Of a stretch of DNA of 64,000 nt, positions 49,571-60,511 are shown one piece after another; the stretch's first letter is position 1, and each line of letters starts with the position of its first letter. A model generated the notes under the pieces. The model did no database searches and was not told where the DNA came from. It worked only from the letters and a program-made list of their open reading frames with translations. Made by a program: the position numbers and the translations under genes. The DNA comes from Candidatus Bathyarchaeota archaeon (lineage in GTDB: Archaea > Thermoproteota > Bathyarchaeia > 40CM-2-53-6), in assembly GCA_963733055.1 (NCBI GenBank), contig CAVTBR010000001.1, positions 192,001 to 256,000 of the forward strand. Direction: 5' to 3'.

Positions 49571-51154
49571 TCATTTGATTTCTTTCACGATTCTTTCAGC
49601 ATTCGTTGCGATTTTCCTGATTTCTTCGCTTGTCATGCGTTTTGTTTCCGTACTCCTGAGCATGGCTTCTATCTTCGCGTAGTCCAGAACGTCGATCACA
49701 GTGGGCACCCTCACTGCGTCACCTACAATGAGTGCCGTCCGCATTGGAATTGACTGAGCAATGTTAGTCCAGACCTTGGCTTTCGGAACACCAGCCAAAG
49801 CGGCGGTTAAATCCTTAGGATCTTTGAGCGAGAGGATTATTCGATTTCCAAGTTGGCTCATAACTTCGTCGTCGATCTTGCTCGGGCGTTGGTCAATTAT
49901 TGAGACTACAAGATTGAACTTTCGCATCTCCCTCGCTAAGACGCTGAAAATGGTGAGTTCAGCAACTTCTGGGGCGAGGAACTTGTGAGCCTCTTCAAGG
50001 AATACGACTAGTCTCGGAAGTTCTTCGCCTTTGTCGCTGTAGATTTCGTGGAGTCTCCGTGATATTACGTTGGCCACGAACAGGTAGACCATGGATTCTT
50101 TGCCGTACTTACCGAAGTCCAAGACAATCGACTTGCCCTCCTTGACTTTTCTGAGCATTACGGTGAAGGAGTCTTCCTTTGCGGACTTAGGCTTCGGTCT
50201 TAGAAATTGCAGGCGATCCAGACGGCCGATTCTAGCCTGAAGACCCATCAGGGTGGAATCCGGTATCGTCTTGATACTTCCTGGCTGAGTGCTCTTAATT
50301 GCCGCGAGCAAGTCATCACGTGTTCGTGTCCCATTTATCGTCCAGATGGCGTCCTGCATCCGTGTTGTAAGGTCAGTGATCGCGAGAATCAGGTCTTCTG
50401 GAGTTATGGAGCTGGGATCTATGAAGAATGGTGTAGCCTCCCGGTTCCTGTCTGGATCAAGGGTGAGCCATTCGATTTTTTCCGGAAAATAGAATTTTAG
50501 TCCCCGCGAATTGTCAGTCGCAGAATATGTACCGTATTCGTTATGCATATCGAAGAGGAATACTGAAGCTGCTTCAGTCTTTAAGATGAAGTTGCAGATT
50601 ATCTTGTTAAGGAAGGACTTGCCAGCACCCGTCCGCCCAAGTAGAGCGAAGGCCTTCTGCGTGAGTTTGTCAAAATCTATTGGGATAGCGAAGTCAGGTA
50701 TTCCTCTAAGATTTCCAATGGGCATCGAGGTCTTGGTGGGCTGATAGATCACTTTGACGTCTTCAGCGGTGGCGAATCTCACTTTGGTAAAGTATTGAGG
50801 AATAGTCTCCACGTCAGTGAGTGTTCCGTCCTTTTTGTCGATCAACTGAATTGGTTCTAGTAGAACCTTTGAGTAGAATATGCTACCGAAGTATCCTTTT
50901 TGCATTCCCGGTGAAACGGCCGGGATTGCTCTTTTTCCTAGGTCTGAGGTAGCTAGTGTATCCACAATTTCAAGAGGAGGGTTGAATACATCCATCACGA
51001 CGCAGTAGAAGTCATATTTGTCACCTTCAGCGATAACGGGGTAACCTGTTTTAATGTTCTCTGGACTTGTAAGGCTAAGTTTGACGTTTATCCCGCCGGA
51101 AACCGATGCATCGACAACTTCTCCCACTGCACGTTTCTCATCGCCTTCTGTCAT
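49571..51154 (-). CDS. herA: HerA helicase/translocase
   Basis: HAS-like N-terminus, GRTGAGKS, FDMHNEY, LEEAHKF, AREMRKF, DQRPS. Confidence 0.9.
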   Translation of the reverse strand: MTEGDEKRAVGEVVDASVSGGINVKLSLTSPENIKTGYPVIAEGDKYDFYCVVMDVFNPPLEIVDTLATSDLGKRAIPAVSPGMQKGYFGSIFYSKVLLEPIQLIDKKDGTLTDVETIPQYFTKVRFATAEDVKVIYQPTKTSMPIGNLRGIPDFAIPIDFDKLTQKAFALLGRTGAGKSFLNKIICNFILKTEAASVFLFDMHNEYGTYSATDNSRGLKFYFPEKIEWLTLDPDRNREATPFFIDPSSITPEDLILAITDLTTRMQDAIWTINGTRTRDDLLAAIKSTQPGSIKTIPDSTLMGLQARIGRLDRLQFLRPKPKSAKEDSFTVMLRKVKEGKSIVLDFGKYGKESMVYLFVANVISRRLHEIYSDKGEELPRLVVFLEEAHKFLAPEVAELTIFSVLAREMRKFNLVVSIIDQRPSKIDDEVMSQLGNRIILSLKDPKDLTAALAGVPKAKVWTNIAQSIPMRTALIVGDAVRVPTVIDVLDYAKIEAMLRSTETKRMTSEEIRKIATNAERIVKEIK

Positions 51155-52173
51155 CTTCCCCTACCTCCGGATTTGGTCATAATATCCAAATACTCATGAA
51201 AGGCGTCGCGTCTTCTGCCGTCAATGTTGGTTCTTCCCCATACCGCTTCCGCAGGAGAAATTCCGTTCTCCGTCGCAACTCTGAACAAGAGATCGTCGTA
51301 GAGCTGGGAAAATCTTCTCAATTCTACTGCCGCCTTATGTGCTTCCGCAAGCGGGTAGATATATCCAAGGCAGAGTTGAGATCGAGCGAATTGGGCCAAT
51401 CCTCCAAAGATTTCGGCGGGGTTAGAGTCTTTTGAAATAACATCGGTTCTGAACCATTTCGGAGCGTCCGGATGATACTTTACGAAATAGATTACTCCTT
51501 TCGGGCCGAGAGTTGTCACGCGAGGTTGGGGTGGTACCGCATAAACTAGCCCTTCAGCCTTTGTATATTGTAGAAGCTCCTCATCTGCCATGGAGAGTCC
51601 GAAAAGGTTCACATTGGAATCTTTTGAAATACCTACCAATGTGTTTCCATTTGTGGCGCATGCGTCAATCAATTCTTCCACCTTGGACTTGATTTTCCGC
51701 AAGGGAGGGGCAGTCAAGGTTCCATCAAGGACTATTGTCACACCGGTTCTTCTCTTAGCTACCCAAGCTGCGAGTTCGAGCTCGCGAAGAATGCGGGCGT
51801 ATGCTGCCATGCGCTTCGGCGCTTCGCTGCGTCTCTTGGCGGTCAGGCTTTGCAATTCTAATGCAAATTCATCTATTTGTGAGGCTAGTTTCCTCTCCGT
51901 TGTTACAAGTTGAGCGGCCTCGTTCACATTACATGCTTCAATGTTGTAGCTTTGATCATGTCCAAATTCGTAAGTGAGAGCCACGGCGCGAATTGCGATC
52001 ACCCATAGGCTTGACATTCTGTAGATGGGAGCATACGAGCCATCTATGGCGACAACCTTAGTTGGGTGGTCGCTCAGGGAGAACGGAATTACATCTATCC
52101 GTGGCAGTTGTCCTTCTGCCTCCTCTCTGGACCGCGTCCAATGATTCGAAATGATGGCGAAGGCTTTTCTCAC
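51151..52173 (-). CDS. nurA: NurA nuclease
   Basis: AIDGS, VLDGTL, GISKDS, LGYIYPLAEAH. Confidence 0.88.
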   Translation of the reverse strand: MRKAFAIISNHWTRSREEAEGQLPRIDVIPFSLSDHPTKVVAIDGSYAPIYRMSSLWVIAIRAVALTYEFGHDQSYNIEACNVNEAAQLVTTERKLASQIDEFALELQSLTAKRRSEAPKRMAAYARILRELELAAWVAKRRTGVTIVLDGTLTAPPLRKIKSKVEELIDACATNGNTLVGISKDSNVNLFGLSMADEELLQYTKAEGLVYAVPPQPRVTTLGPKGVIYFVKYHPDAPKWFRTDVISKDSNPAEIFGGLAQFARSQLCLGYIYPLAEAHKAAVELRRFSQLYDDLLFRVATENGISPAEAVWGRTNIDGRRRDAFHEYLDIMTKSGGRGR

Positions 52174-52207
52174 GTCGTCTTCGATATCGCTTAGGTGGAT
52201 GATGTCG

Positions 52208-54565
52208 CTAGACGTTCCGCGGCGCCTCCAAAATCATGCTGTGCTGCTCGGGCGTCATGTAAACTCTGATGCGTGATGGAAATTGATCAGCAACTTCCGT
52301 GATATGTGTGATTAGAATCACTTTCTCGAACATGTCACCTAGTGTGAATAGTTTCTTAATGAAGAGTGTTCTACTCTGTTCGTTGTCGAGGGAACCTAGA
52401 TCGCCTTCGTCTATAAACAGCGTCCTCATGTTTCCATATGACTTTCCAACTTGAGGCATGCTAGCTAACTCTTTCGCAATCGAAAATCGGAGGGCTGCAT
52501 TCACCTGTGTCTTTTCGCCGCCACTGAAAATGGAAACATCATGAAACAATCCATCAACCCCTTCAACTTCGATTCTGACGCCTCCTCCTCTCGTGTCGGT
52601 GTAGGGCGTTAGACGGATATTGTTGAGTCGGTTGTCAGTGAGTTCGCCTAAGATGAATGAGGATTCCCGACCAATACCCTGAAGCAGCTGATTGATCGCA
52701 TAGATTAGAATGCCTTTTCGGTGGAATACTTCCTCTTTCAGGATCGTGTATATCTCTTGTTTTGCGGTAAGCTCCTTTACTGACTTTTCTAGCTTTGTGA
52801 TTTCCGGTTTAAGCTTCTCTAACTCTATCACTTGTTCTTTCAGCTGTTTTTGTTTTCCTTGCGCCTCTCTGGTATCCCCAACCGCTTTGTCAACCCTCTT
52901 GCGTATTTCATCCAATTCGTCGGACAGGATCTTGTAGTTCTGCTCGTGCTCTCGTAACTTTTGTTCCTGGTCTTTCAGTCTTTGAAGGTCTTTTGTTAAT
53001 TGTGATGTTTTGAGGCGGAGTTCAATTATCAATGCTCGTTGATCTGGGAGGCTGTCGAGTCTGTCACGCCTTTTCTCGTAGGTTAAAGCTTCACGTTTAA
53101 TTGAGTTTAGTCTTGACCGAACTTGGCTCAGTCTTTCCTTTGTCTTTGTTGAGAAACCGATAGTCCGTTTGCTTGCCTCCAGCCGAGTAATCTGGGCTTG
53201 TTCTGTCCTTACTTGCGCAGCGTTCTTGGTCCGAACTTTGCTTAGATCTTCATCTAGTCGTCGCATCGACGAGTCTATTTCTGTCTTGATGAAGACGTCC
53301 CCCGTGATTAGTGCAGTTCGTTTTGAGAGTGAGGGGAGTTGCTTGGAGACGGTGACCTTTTCCTTCTTCAACTGCGCGACTAGGTTATGGTTGTCTTTAA
53401 GCCAGTTGAGTTCCCTTTCTATTCTTTCTCTTCGCTCATTAAGGGCGCCTTCCAGTCTGAGTATGTTGAACGCCTCGTCCTTGCCTAAACTGGTCTTGAG
53501 AGGGTTCAGGCGTCTCTGGTATTCGTCGAGTCTCTTGCGATAAGTCTGGGCCTGAGCTCGAAAGGAAGCATTGAATTTCGTGATGTTGTCAGCGTGGATT
53601 TCAATTTTCTGATCTATAGTTAGTATCTTCTGTTCCAGGCCCTGGAGTCGGTTTTCTTCCTTTGTAAGACCTGAGTACTCTTCTGAGGTTTTCTTTAGGT
53701 TCTTGACTTCCAGAGAAAGTTCGCTTCGTTCTTTATCGTTTCTTTCCGCTTCGTGCAGTTTTTGAGCCGCCTCACCGAGATCGCCATCCAAAGTCTTAAT
53801 GCCGTCGGAAACCTTGCCGTAAGTATCGTGGAGCGCTTGAAGTTTCGCAACTGTCCCTTTCTTTTCAGATTCTTGCTTCTTGAGTTCGTTAGCACTTTCC
53901 TTCAGCCCTTTAGCTTGTAACTCGGCCGTCTGTAGTTGCTTCCTCTTTTCAGGGAGGATATGTTCGTATGATTTCTCCATCTCTTCCATTCGAGTGGAGG
54001 CACGTAATGCGGTGTCTCTGGATTCTTTGAGACGTTCATCTGCTATCTTCTGAGCTCTCTCGAAAGCTTCCAGCCGAAATAACCGTTGGAAAATATCAAG
54101 CCGTTGTGCGCCGGTTTCGGAACCAATAGCTTTCATTTCGTCTTGACGGATAAATGTGGAATTTCTAAATCCGATGTAGTCGAGACCAACTATGTTGATG
54201 ATTTCACGTTGGATCTCTGTTGTGCTACCTCCTATTGCTTTGATGTTCTGATTGAGCGCTAGATAGTTGCGGCCAGCTTTGCGACCGCGTACGATCTCAA
54301 ACTTATTTCCGCTTTGATAGAACTCGAGGCGAACGTGTCCGTTCTTGTCAACAAAATCTTCGATTTTCAGCTTCTCATCGGTGCGGGAGGAATCGCCGTA
54401 CAATGCGAAGGTTATTGCATCCAAGATTGAGGACTTGCCGGATCCTGTGGGACCCGTAATCACCGTGAATTGTTCTTGGAAGGGTATCCTTGTAGGGTTT
54501 TTGTAGCGCATGAAGCCCTCTAATTCGATCGAATCTATCACGAAGCCAGAGGGGGGTTGACTCAT
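52208..54565 (-). CDS. rad50: Rad50/SbcC SMC-like ATPase
   Basis: GPTGSGKS, RQDE, long coiled coil, FSGGE, FIDEG, ITH; no CxxC hook visible. Confidence 0.9.
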   Translation of the reverse strand: MSQPPSGFVIDSIELEGFMRYKNPTRIPFQEQFTVITGPTGSGKSSILDAITFALYGDSSRTDEKLKIEDFVDKNGHVRLEFYQSGNKFEIVRGRKAGRNYLALNQNIKAIGGSTTEIQREIINIVGLDYIGFRNSTFIRQDEMKAIGSETGAQRLDIFQRLFRLEAFERAQKIADERLKESRDTALRASTRMEEMEKSYEHILPEKRKQLQTAELQAKGLKESANELKKQESEKKGTVAKLQALHDTYGKVSDGIKTLDGDLGEAAQKLHEAERNDKERSELSLEVKNLKKTSEEYSGLTKEENRLQGLEQKILTIDQKIEIHADNITKFNASFRAQAQTYRKRLDEYQRRLNPLKTSLGKDEAFNILRLEGALNERRERIERELNWLKDNHNLVAQLKKEKVTVSKQLPSLSKRTALITGDVFIKTEIDSSMRRLDEDLSKVRTKNAAQVRTEQAQITRLEASKRTIGFSTKTKERLSQVRSRLNSIKREALTYEKRRDRLDSLPDQRALIIELRLKTSQLTKDLQRLKDQEQKLREHEQNYKILSDELDEIRKRVDKAVGDTREAQGKQKQLKEQVIELEKLKPEITKLEKSVKELTAKQEIYTILKEEVFHRKGILIYAINQLLQGIGRESSFILGELTDNRLNNIRLTPYTDTRGGGVRIEVEGVDGLFHDVSIFSGGEKTQVNAALRFSIAKELASMPQVGKSYGNMRTLFIDEGDLGSLDNEQSRTLFIKKLFTLGDMFEKVILITHITEVADQFPSRIRVYMTPEQHSMILEAPRNV

Positions 54566-55768
54566 TCTTCAAGCGCCTCCTTCAGAATCTCAATCCCTTT
54601 AGCAAGTAACTCGTCTCTTTGCCTATGCTTCGCGTAGTTCACTTCAATGAACGATTCGAGGAGGACCTGAGGCGTCATTATGCCAGCCTCAGGGAAGCCA
54701 CCGATGGGTTTCGTCAGAATTGGTACCCATTTGACTTTGTAATCGAAAGTTGGTCGGAGGGCCTCTGCAAGTCGAGTTTCTTGTATCAGTCTGCGAATCC
54801 CTTCGGGAAGTACGATCTCGACTCTCACCATCTTGTCCTTAATGTCAGGTGGTATTTGGTTGATGATTGTTTGCGTGGGGTTTGTATCTCCTGAATCAAT
54901 CCTCACGAGGATACGAACCATTTCTCGTGTCGGGAAATTATGAAACTCCCATTTCATGTCGACTGGGTCAATCGTTAGGAAGTGTTTCTCGCCCTCACGT
55001 TCACCCCAATCAATCCTCTCCACTGCGCCAACGAAAAGGATAGGGATACCTCGCACTTCTTTCGTTTGGCTTAGGTGGACATGGCCGAAAATCCCCATGT
55101 CGATATTGTCAGGTATCATTGAGGCGTTGAATTCAATCTCTCCCGGGTCGATTTCAGGAGTGACGGACGAGCTTAGGTCGGTGCCCTCGAAGTAATAGTG
55201 CGCCAGTAAAATCCTTGAATCAGCTTGCTGTCTTGAATACTTCTGAAGCAACTCCGCAATAATCTCGCGCCCAACCTCCTGTCTCTGATCCTCTGAGACT
55301 CCTGCCAATCCGCGATCAGTTTGCCCTATCAGGCTGTCGGGGTACAGGAAAGGCATGATCAAGAAGGAAATTTCCCTGCCCGCGACTCTTTCTATCCTAC
55401 ACTCTGGCTTCCTAAAGACGTGAACATTCGAATACCCTCGAAAATCGTCGATGGACGTCCCTCTACGAAACTCCCGCGGTTGGTCATGATTTCCGGCAAG
55501 AATGAAGACTGCTACTCCAGCTCGTGCAAGCGGTTCAATCACATCGTTTCTTACGTATTCGCGAAAGATTGGTGCGACGTGAGTTCTGTCGAAGAGATCA
55601 CCGAGGATGACAAATATCGAGGCCCGGTTCTCAATTGCATAGGCAGCAGCTCGTACTAGGTTGTGGTGCATATCGAGAGCGCGTTTCAGAGACGCCTGTC
55701 TGGGGATCAATTCTGATGTCGAAGTTGATTCCCTCATGAACATCTCCCACTACTACGATTTCGTTCAA
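54562..55768 (-). CDS. mre11: Mre11/SbcD nuclease; +1 frameshift near 55686
   Basis: Upstream frame gives IVVVGDVHEG (motif I); GDLFD, GNHD, LAH, GHVH follow. Confidence 0.88.
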
Positions 55769-56030
55769 GGTATTCGCTTGATTTAATTGCTCTTCATTGT
55801 ATCTCTAGGTTATTATTAAAAACTAAAGGCTAGAGTGGTTATTGAATCAAAGTAAGCGACTTACCATTGATTATCAATCTCGATGACGCCTGAGAGATAA
55901 CCAAACTATCGTGCTTGTCATAGTTTCATTCATCTCTGAGCCACCCCAAAATTCCAGTTTCTGAAGACTCAGAGACATCTCATCCAACTCTCCGGGCGTT
56001 ATTTGGTAACATCAGTCTTGTCAAAAATTC

Positions 56031-56198
56031 ATGCAAACAGTAAACTGTCCAATTTGCGGAACCGAATTGCTCGGCCAGCAAGGTTACCCATTGCTACGTT
56101 GCCTTCCCTGCGATTGTTGGTTTGAGCGTCAACCAAACGGTTCGGTGGTTTCTCTTCATGTTGCAGCGCTTTTAGCCGCTGGCCGGGTTGCGGTATGA
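56031..56198 (+). CDS. 55-aa zinc-ribbon microprotein (not in ORF track)
   Basis: MQTVNCPICG...RCLPCDCWFE; ATGA overlap with the next gene. Confidence 0.65.
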   Translation: MQTVNCPICGTELLGQQGYPLLRCLPCDCWFERQPNGSVVSLHVAALLAAGRVAV

Positions 56199-56605
56199 TA
56201 TTCGAAGACAAGTCCACAGAGTGCCAGCACTGCCACAAGAAGAAGCTGATACTGATCAGCCATGTCAGGACGACGGAGCGGGACACGAAGACATTCATCT
56301 CCACGCTTCAATGCGACCTCTGCCACCGAGAATACACTCTAAGAGACGGCAAACTCGCGGAGAAACGAGAGGAACGAGACCCGGTCGCCGAAAGCATCGC
56401 CATGCATAAGGCCGAAGTAGACGCGGTCCGGAACCGACGTTGTCCTCATTGTGGCGGACCAATCGATGATTTCCTTACTTGCGATTGGTGCCATGAAAAA
56501 TACGCGGTGAAGAGCGGAGAACTCGTACGTAGAATCGAAGACTTGCTGTCCAGACAGCGTAAGCCCAGGATAAACGAGTTCTATGTCATCAGCACGAAGC
56601 AGTAG
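56195..56605 (+). CDS. Double zinc-ribbon protein
   Basis: CQHC, CDLC, CPHC, CDWC. Confidence 0.7.
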   Translation: MIFEDKSTECQHCHKKKLILISHVRTTERDTKTFISTLQCDLCHREYTLRDGKLAEKREERDPVAESIAMHKAEVDAVRNRRCPHCGGPIDDFLTCDWCHEKYAVKSGELVRRIEDLLSRQRKPRINEFYVISTKQ

Positions 56606-57041
56606 TCGTTATACTATTCACGCTCAGCGGTCATGCACCAGTTGCCACCAGATCACCGACCAGACTTCGGTAGGATGCCGATACAGTGACGTCGAAGTTC
56701 CTAAGGTTCCAAAGGCTTACCTGAAGCACGTCGAGTGGGTTTGTGATTGGTGCGGTAATTGTGAGGAGGAGGTCAAAGAGGTTCTTGAGCCCACTGATAG
56801 GATGAAGCTAGTGAAGAGGTTGTTGAGTATTCAGGAAGACAATGACGTATTGGGCTTCACTAAGTTCGGATCCGAACGTGATCTCGATCAGAATTCGTCT
56901 GATCCTCAACATTACGCTGAACATCAGAATGACTCCGGCGTGGGAAAAAGCAGATTACTCTATCCTGAGGTTAGTAATGTGCTCTTAATTTCCTTCTTCT
57001 CTATAGCGACCAAGACTCCGCTGAGTATGCCATCCGTATAA
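56583..57041 (+). CDS. Zinc-ribbon protein; 3' end overlaps the convergent gene and may be truncated
   Basis: CTSC...CDWC. Confidence 0.5.
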   Translation: MSSARSSSRYTIHAQRSCTSCHQITDQTSVGCRYSDVEVPKVPKAYLKHVEWVCDWCGNCEEEVKEVLEPTDRMKLVKRLLSIQEDNDVLGFTKFGSERDLDQNSSDPQHYAEHQNDSGVGKSRLLYPEVSNVLLISFFSIATKTPLSMPSV

Positions 57042-57898
57042 TTACTACCGGGATTAATGCAAAGAGTCTTTCCTATCTTATGCATGCCCATTGCTTCGTG
57101 AATATGCCCGTGTAGGCTGAGAAGCGGTTGATATCGTTGAATCAAATCTAAGACTGCTTTGCTGCCTACGTGCTCAGTTTCTCCACGCGCAGACACTTGC
57201 AGGCCGTTCTTTAGCTTCGGAGCGACATCCAATCCCGAGCCGAAGGGGGGATCATGGAGATTGAAGACAGAGCTCTGCAAATCCCGTATTTTGGCAACCA
57301 TCGTTTCGATTTTTTTCGCTAATTCCTCTTCGCTGCATTCCCTTGGGGTGTGCCAGGGTGTGGGGTTAGACCATCCGCAGCTCAACATCTCATGATCAGC
57401 GTCCAAATCTAATATCTTGCCTTCGGAATTCACGAGAACGTCGCTTTTCTGAAGAACTTCGTCGATGAACTCATAGTCATCATTTCCCGGACATACAATA
57501 ATTCTCTTACCGGTGGCCTTGAATTCGGTTTGAGCAATCTCGCTCCATTCCTTCAGTCTTTCAGTTATTTTTTCTTTGAAGATAGTCTCAGCCACTTTCT
57601 TTTCTCCAAGATCCTCCATCTGCCCGGCTTCGGTGGAATATGCATACAGTCCTGAATCAGCTATAAGCGCCTCATGCGCTTGCAGTTCCTGCCGGTTCTT
57701 TAATGTCCATTTTCTTCCCAAGAAACTTGAAGTGAAGGTTCCGTCGCTCTGATGAACAATCGGAACAATCGCCTTGCCGGTTATGTCTCCCCCTACAATT
57801 ACAACATCGGCTTTGTAGAATTTCCTCGCCTTTACAACTTTGTTCCAACATCTTGTGGAGCCATGAATGTCGGTACAAAAGAACACCTTCGTGATCAA
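56960..57898 (-). CDS. Icc-related metallophosphoesterase
   Basis: TDIHG, GGDITG, PGNDD, HDPP, HGHIHE, NPGS. Confidence 0.88.
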   Translation of the reverse strand: MITKVFFCTDIHGSTRCWNKVVKARKFYKADVVIVGGDITGKAIVPIVHQSDGTFTSSFLGRKWTLKNRQELQAHEALIADSGLYAYSTEAGQMEDLGEKKVAETIFKEKITERLKEWSEIAQTEFKATGKRIIVCPGNDDYEFIDEVLQKSDVLVNSEGKILDLDADHEMLSCGWSNPTPWHTPRECSEEELAKKIETMVAKIRDLQSSVFNLHDPPFGSGLDVAPKLKNGLQVSARGETEHVGSKAVLDLIQRYQPLLSLHGHIHEAMGMHKIGKTLCINPGSNYTDGILSGVLVAIEKKEIKSTLLTSG

Positions 57899-57967
57899 AC
57901 GTTACTCAACACCATTCAACTTGCGAATCATTGCGCGTTACATTAAACCGTGCAAGGTACTGAACGG

Positions 57968-58783
57968 TTAGGTTCCTCGCTTGTTTAGCGCCTCTTGCCA
58001 CTTTTGAGCGCTGACTGTTTTCTCAGATTGTTCCTCAACTTCGTTGTACCATTTCTTTCTCGGCCCGATGGAGGCCCGCAATTTCCATGAGGAAGACTTT
58101 GGCTCTCTTTCCAATCTTGAAGAGATATTTTCTATCTTGGACTGAAGGAAGTCGACTTCGTCGTGGGAAAGAACATCATCTAATTTTTTGGGAGCGACAT
58201 TATTGATCTTGTTAAGGTTTGTACGGACGGTATAGTAGAATCCCCAGTCATTTGAAAGGAGCCTTGCAATATAGTTGACATCGATGTTCTCTCTGTCTTC
58301 CTCTTCTGCTAGGGAATGTTCGAGGATTAGTACAGTGATATCGTCAATATCTCGTTCATCAATTCTCACAATTTGCAGTTTTTGCAAGAGTATGTCAGCG
58401 AGGCTGATCGTTGGATAGTCCAATTCGAGCCTATCTTCAAGGTGGATCGTATGGCACATGGCAATTTTGCCGAAGAAGACATCCAAGGTTAGCTGCCCAT
58501 TGTAGTATATGTCACGACTCAGCCCCGTGATCGTCTTTCTCTCGTAACCTCGTTTCTCAAGGAACTCTCTAAGAGGTCTTTGATGATGTGCTACAGTTAC
58601 AAGATCTATATCGTGGAGTTTTCTTCTCATCTTGTTCTCATGTAGTTCATTATACCTAGTACAATGGATCCTCACTGCACATCCGCTCGTTACTCGAGCA
58701 ACAACCCCTAACTCTCGAACCTTCTCGACTATGCTTATCGCTTCACGGACGAACTCCTGATCGCCGGGAACAGTTGAAGTCAA
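57968..58783 (-). CDS. Conserved protein, putative nucleotidyltransferase fold
   Basis: SGCAVRIH...HDIDLV...LDVF; LLQKLQIV, NDWGFY. Confidence 0.6.
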   Translation of the reverse strand: MTSTVPGDQEFVREAISIVEKVRELGVVARVTSGCAVRIHCTRYNELHENKMRRKLHDIDLVTVAHHQRPLREFLEKRGYERKTITGLSRDIYYNGQLTLDVFFGKIAMCHTIHLEDRLELDYPTISLADILLQKLQIVRIDERDIDDITVLILEHSLAEEEDRENIDVNYIARLLSNDWGFYYTVRTNLNKINNVAPKKLDDVLSHDEVDFLQSKIENISSRLEREPKSSSWKLRASIGPRKKWYNEVEEQSEKTVSAQKWQEALNKRGT

Positions 58784-58900
58784 TCGGGAAACTCCCTAAG
58801 AGTCACCAGCTTATCGGTGACTTTCAGCAGATAACCACATGTCAGACATGCGCGATTGGCCGTGCCGGTCTGGCTACGATGCATTTGTCTGGGAATGTTT

Positions 58901-60511
58901 TCATGAAGGTGGGATCTGTCGGAAGGCCAGATCTATGTCAAGTCCCTTCCGTTTCCAATAGGCTCTCGATATGTAATAGAGAGCGACCGCCATCGCGTAA
59001 ACTAATATTGAGAGAACTATGGTTGGTGGTGAAATGCCAAATGATGCGTAGAAGGGGGCATTAGTAAAGTAGGCCGTCGTTACCCAGAGCGTAAGAGCTA
59101 ACGCCAACGCGGATATAATTGATAGAAGCGGAATCCCTGCTACCCTGGCCTTCAGAGGCATCAATTCGTACATGTCTTTCCGAATATACGGGAACATGAT
59201 GCCTGCTGCAGAGACAATCATCAGACCTATGAGAATCCAAAAGCCTTCGGCGGCAATGTAAACGTAAAGGTTCGCAAAAACTGCCAACACCAAAAGGGGA
59301 ATACTCACAATTAACAAAATCACGTGCCCGAAGGTCGGTGTTCTAAATCGGTCGCTCACGTGTGCCATTTTCGCTGGAAACATGCGGTCGAACGACCATG
59401 CAAGCCAGATCCTAGGAATGATTACTGCAAAGTTCATTAGAGCAACCGTCTCGGAGAGGAATATCACAAGTAATGCAAACGCATTAGCCCAACTTGGCAA
59501 CATTACTTGATACCATGACCAAGAAACCAGCACGCTAACAAACGGGTTGCCGATTGGAAGGCCGCTTACGCTACCCAACGAGCCAATCGCTGCTAAGAAT
59601 TTTAGGCCAGTCATGTTAATGAATGTCCAACCCAACAAAACATAGAGAACGATAAATCCCACCACAGCACCAGACATCATGATGTGCTGTCTTATTCCAC
59701 TATCAGCCTGTTTGACCTCACCTGCAATGTATGATGTCATGAATACGAACGGACAGATGAAAGCCACAACCTGAGACGCGAAGCTTAACGTCTGTTCCAT
59801 AGCTGGGCTCTCAGGAGGAAGCATGGCGAACCCAGCGCGTGTTGCATTACTAATGACCGTGTTGTACATGTCGGACTGAGTGGGAACGAACCTTAGAGAC
59901 CAAGCGTTGAAGGTAGCGGGGAAATTACCTGTCGCTGCTATAAACGCATAAGCCATAATCGCTACCGCAGGAATGGCGAGGATCCACACGACATTTTGCA
60001 TCCTCAGATACCATTTCATGCCTACAGCGCAGACCACCGTGACGATAATCGAAATTGCCGTACCGGTAAGAACGATGCCTAAAGGTTGCCATATCCAAGC
60101 GATAGCGCTGGCTGGGAAGACGGTACCTAAGAACATCCCCAGCAACGGAACCTCAAAGAATGCGTTACCGAAGACAAAGAAGAATAGGAAGCCGGCGGTT
60201 ACAGACCAGCTTATCAGGATCCCCACCAACGGATGCATGGCTCTGCTCAAGAATACGTATTCTCCTCCTGAACGAGGCATAGCGGACATAAAGTGAGCAT
60301 AAATGGAACTCAGCAGAATTGATGCGGTTCCTCCAATGAGCAACGCGAGTAACATGTTACCTCCGTTCGCGTATGATATGAAGTAGGGATTCAGAATGCC
60401 GAAGGCAAGTAAGCTTCCACCCTGGCAAAGGTTGAAAATAATTCCGCTTACCAGGCCTACTTCTCTAACTAATCCAGTCGATTGTCTGACGAACACTTGT
60501 TGCGATTTCAT
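58901..60511 (-). CDS. APC-family amino acid/amine permease
   Basis: FVRQSTGLVRE, MPRSGGEYVF, WSFDR, RQIPPS. Confidence 0.88.
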   Translation of the reverse strand: MKSQQVFVRQSTGLVREVGLVSGIIFNLCQGGSLLAFGILNPYFISYANGGNMLLALLIGGTASILLSSIYAHFMSAMPRSGGEYVFLSRAMHPLVGILISWSVTAGFLFFFVFGNAFFEVPLLGMFLGTVFPASAIAWIWQPLGIVLTGTAISIIVTVVCAVGMKWYLRMQNVVWILAIPAVAIMAYAFIAATGNFPATFNAWSLRFVPTQSDMYNTVISNATRAGFAMLPPESPAMEQTLSFASQVVAFICPFVFMTSYIAGEVKQADSGIRQHIMMSGAVVGFIVLYVLLGWTFINMTGLKFLAAIGSLGSVSGLPIGNPFVSVLVSWSWYQVMLPSWANAFALLVIFLSETVALMNFAVIIPRIWLAWSFDRMFPAKMAHVSDRFRTPTFGHVILLIVSIPLLVLAVFANLYVYIAAEGFWILIGLMIVSAAGIMFPYIRKDMYELMPLKARVAGIPLLSIISALALALTLWVTTAYFTNAPFYASFGISPPTIVLSILVYAMAVALYYISRAYWKRKGLDIDLAFRQIPPS

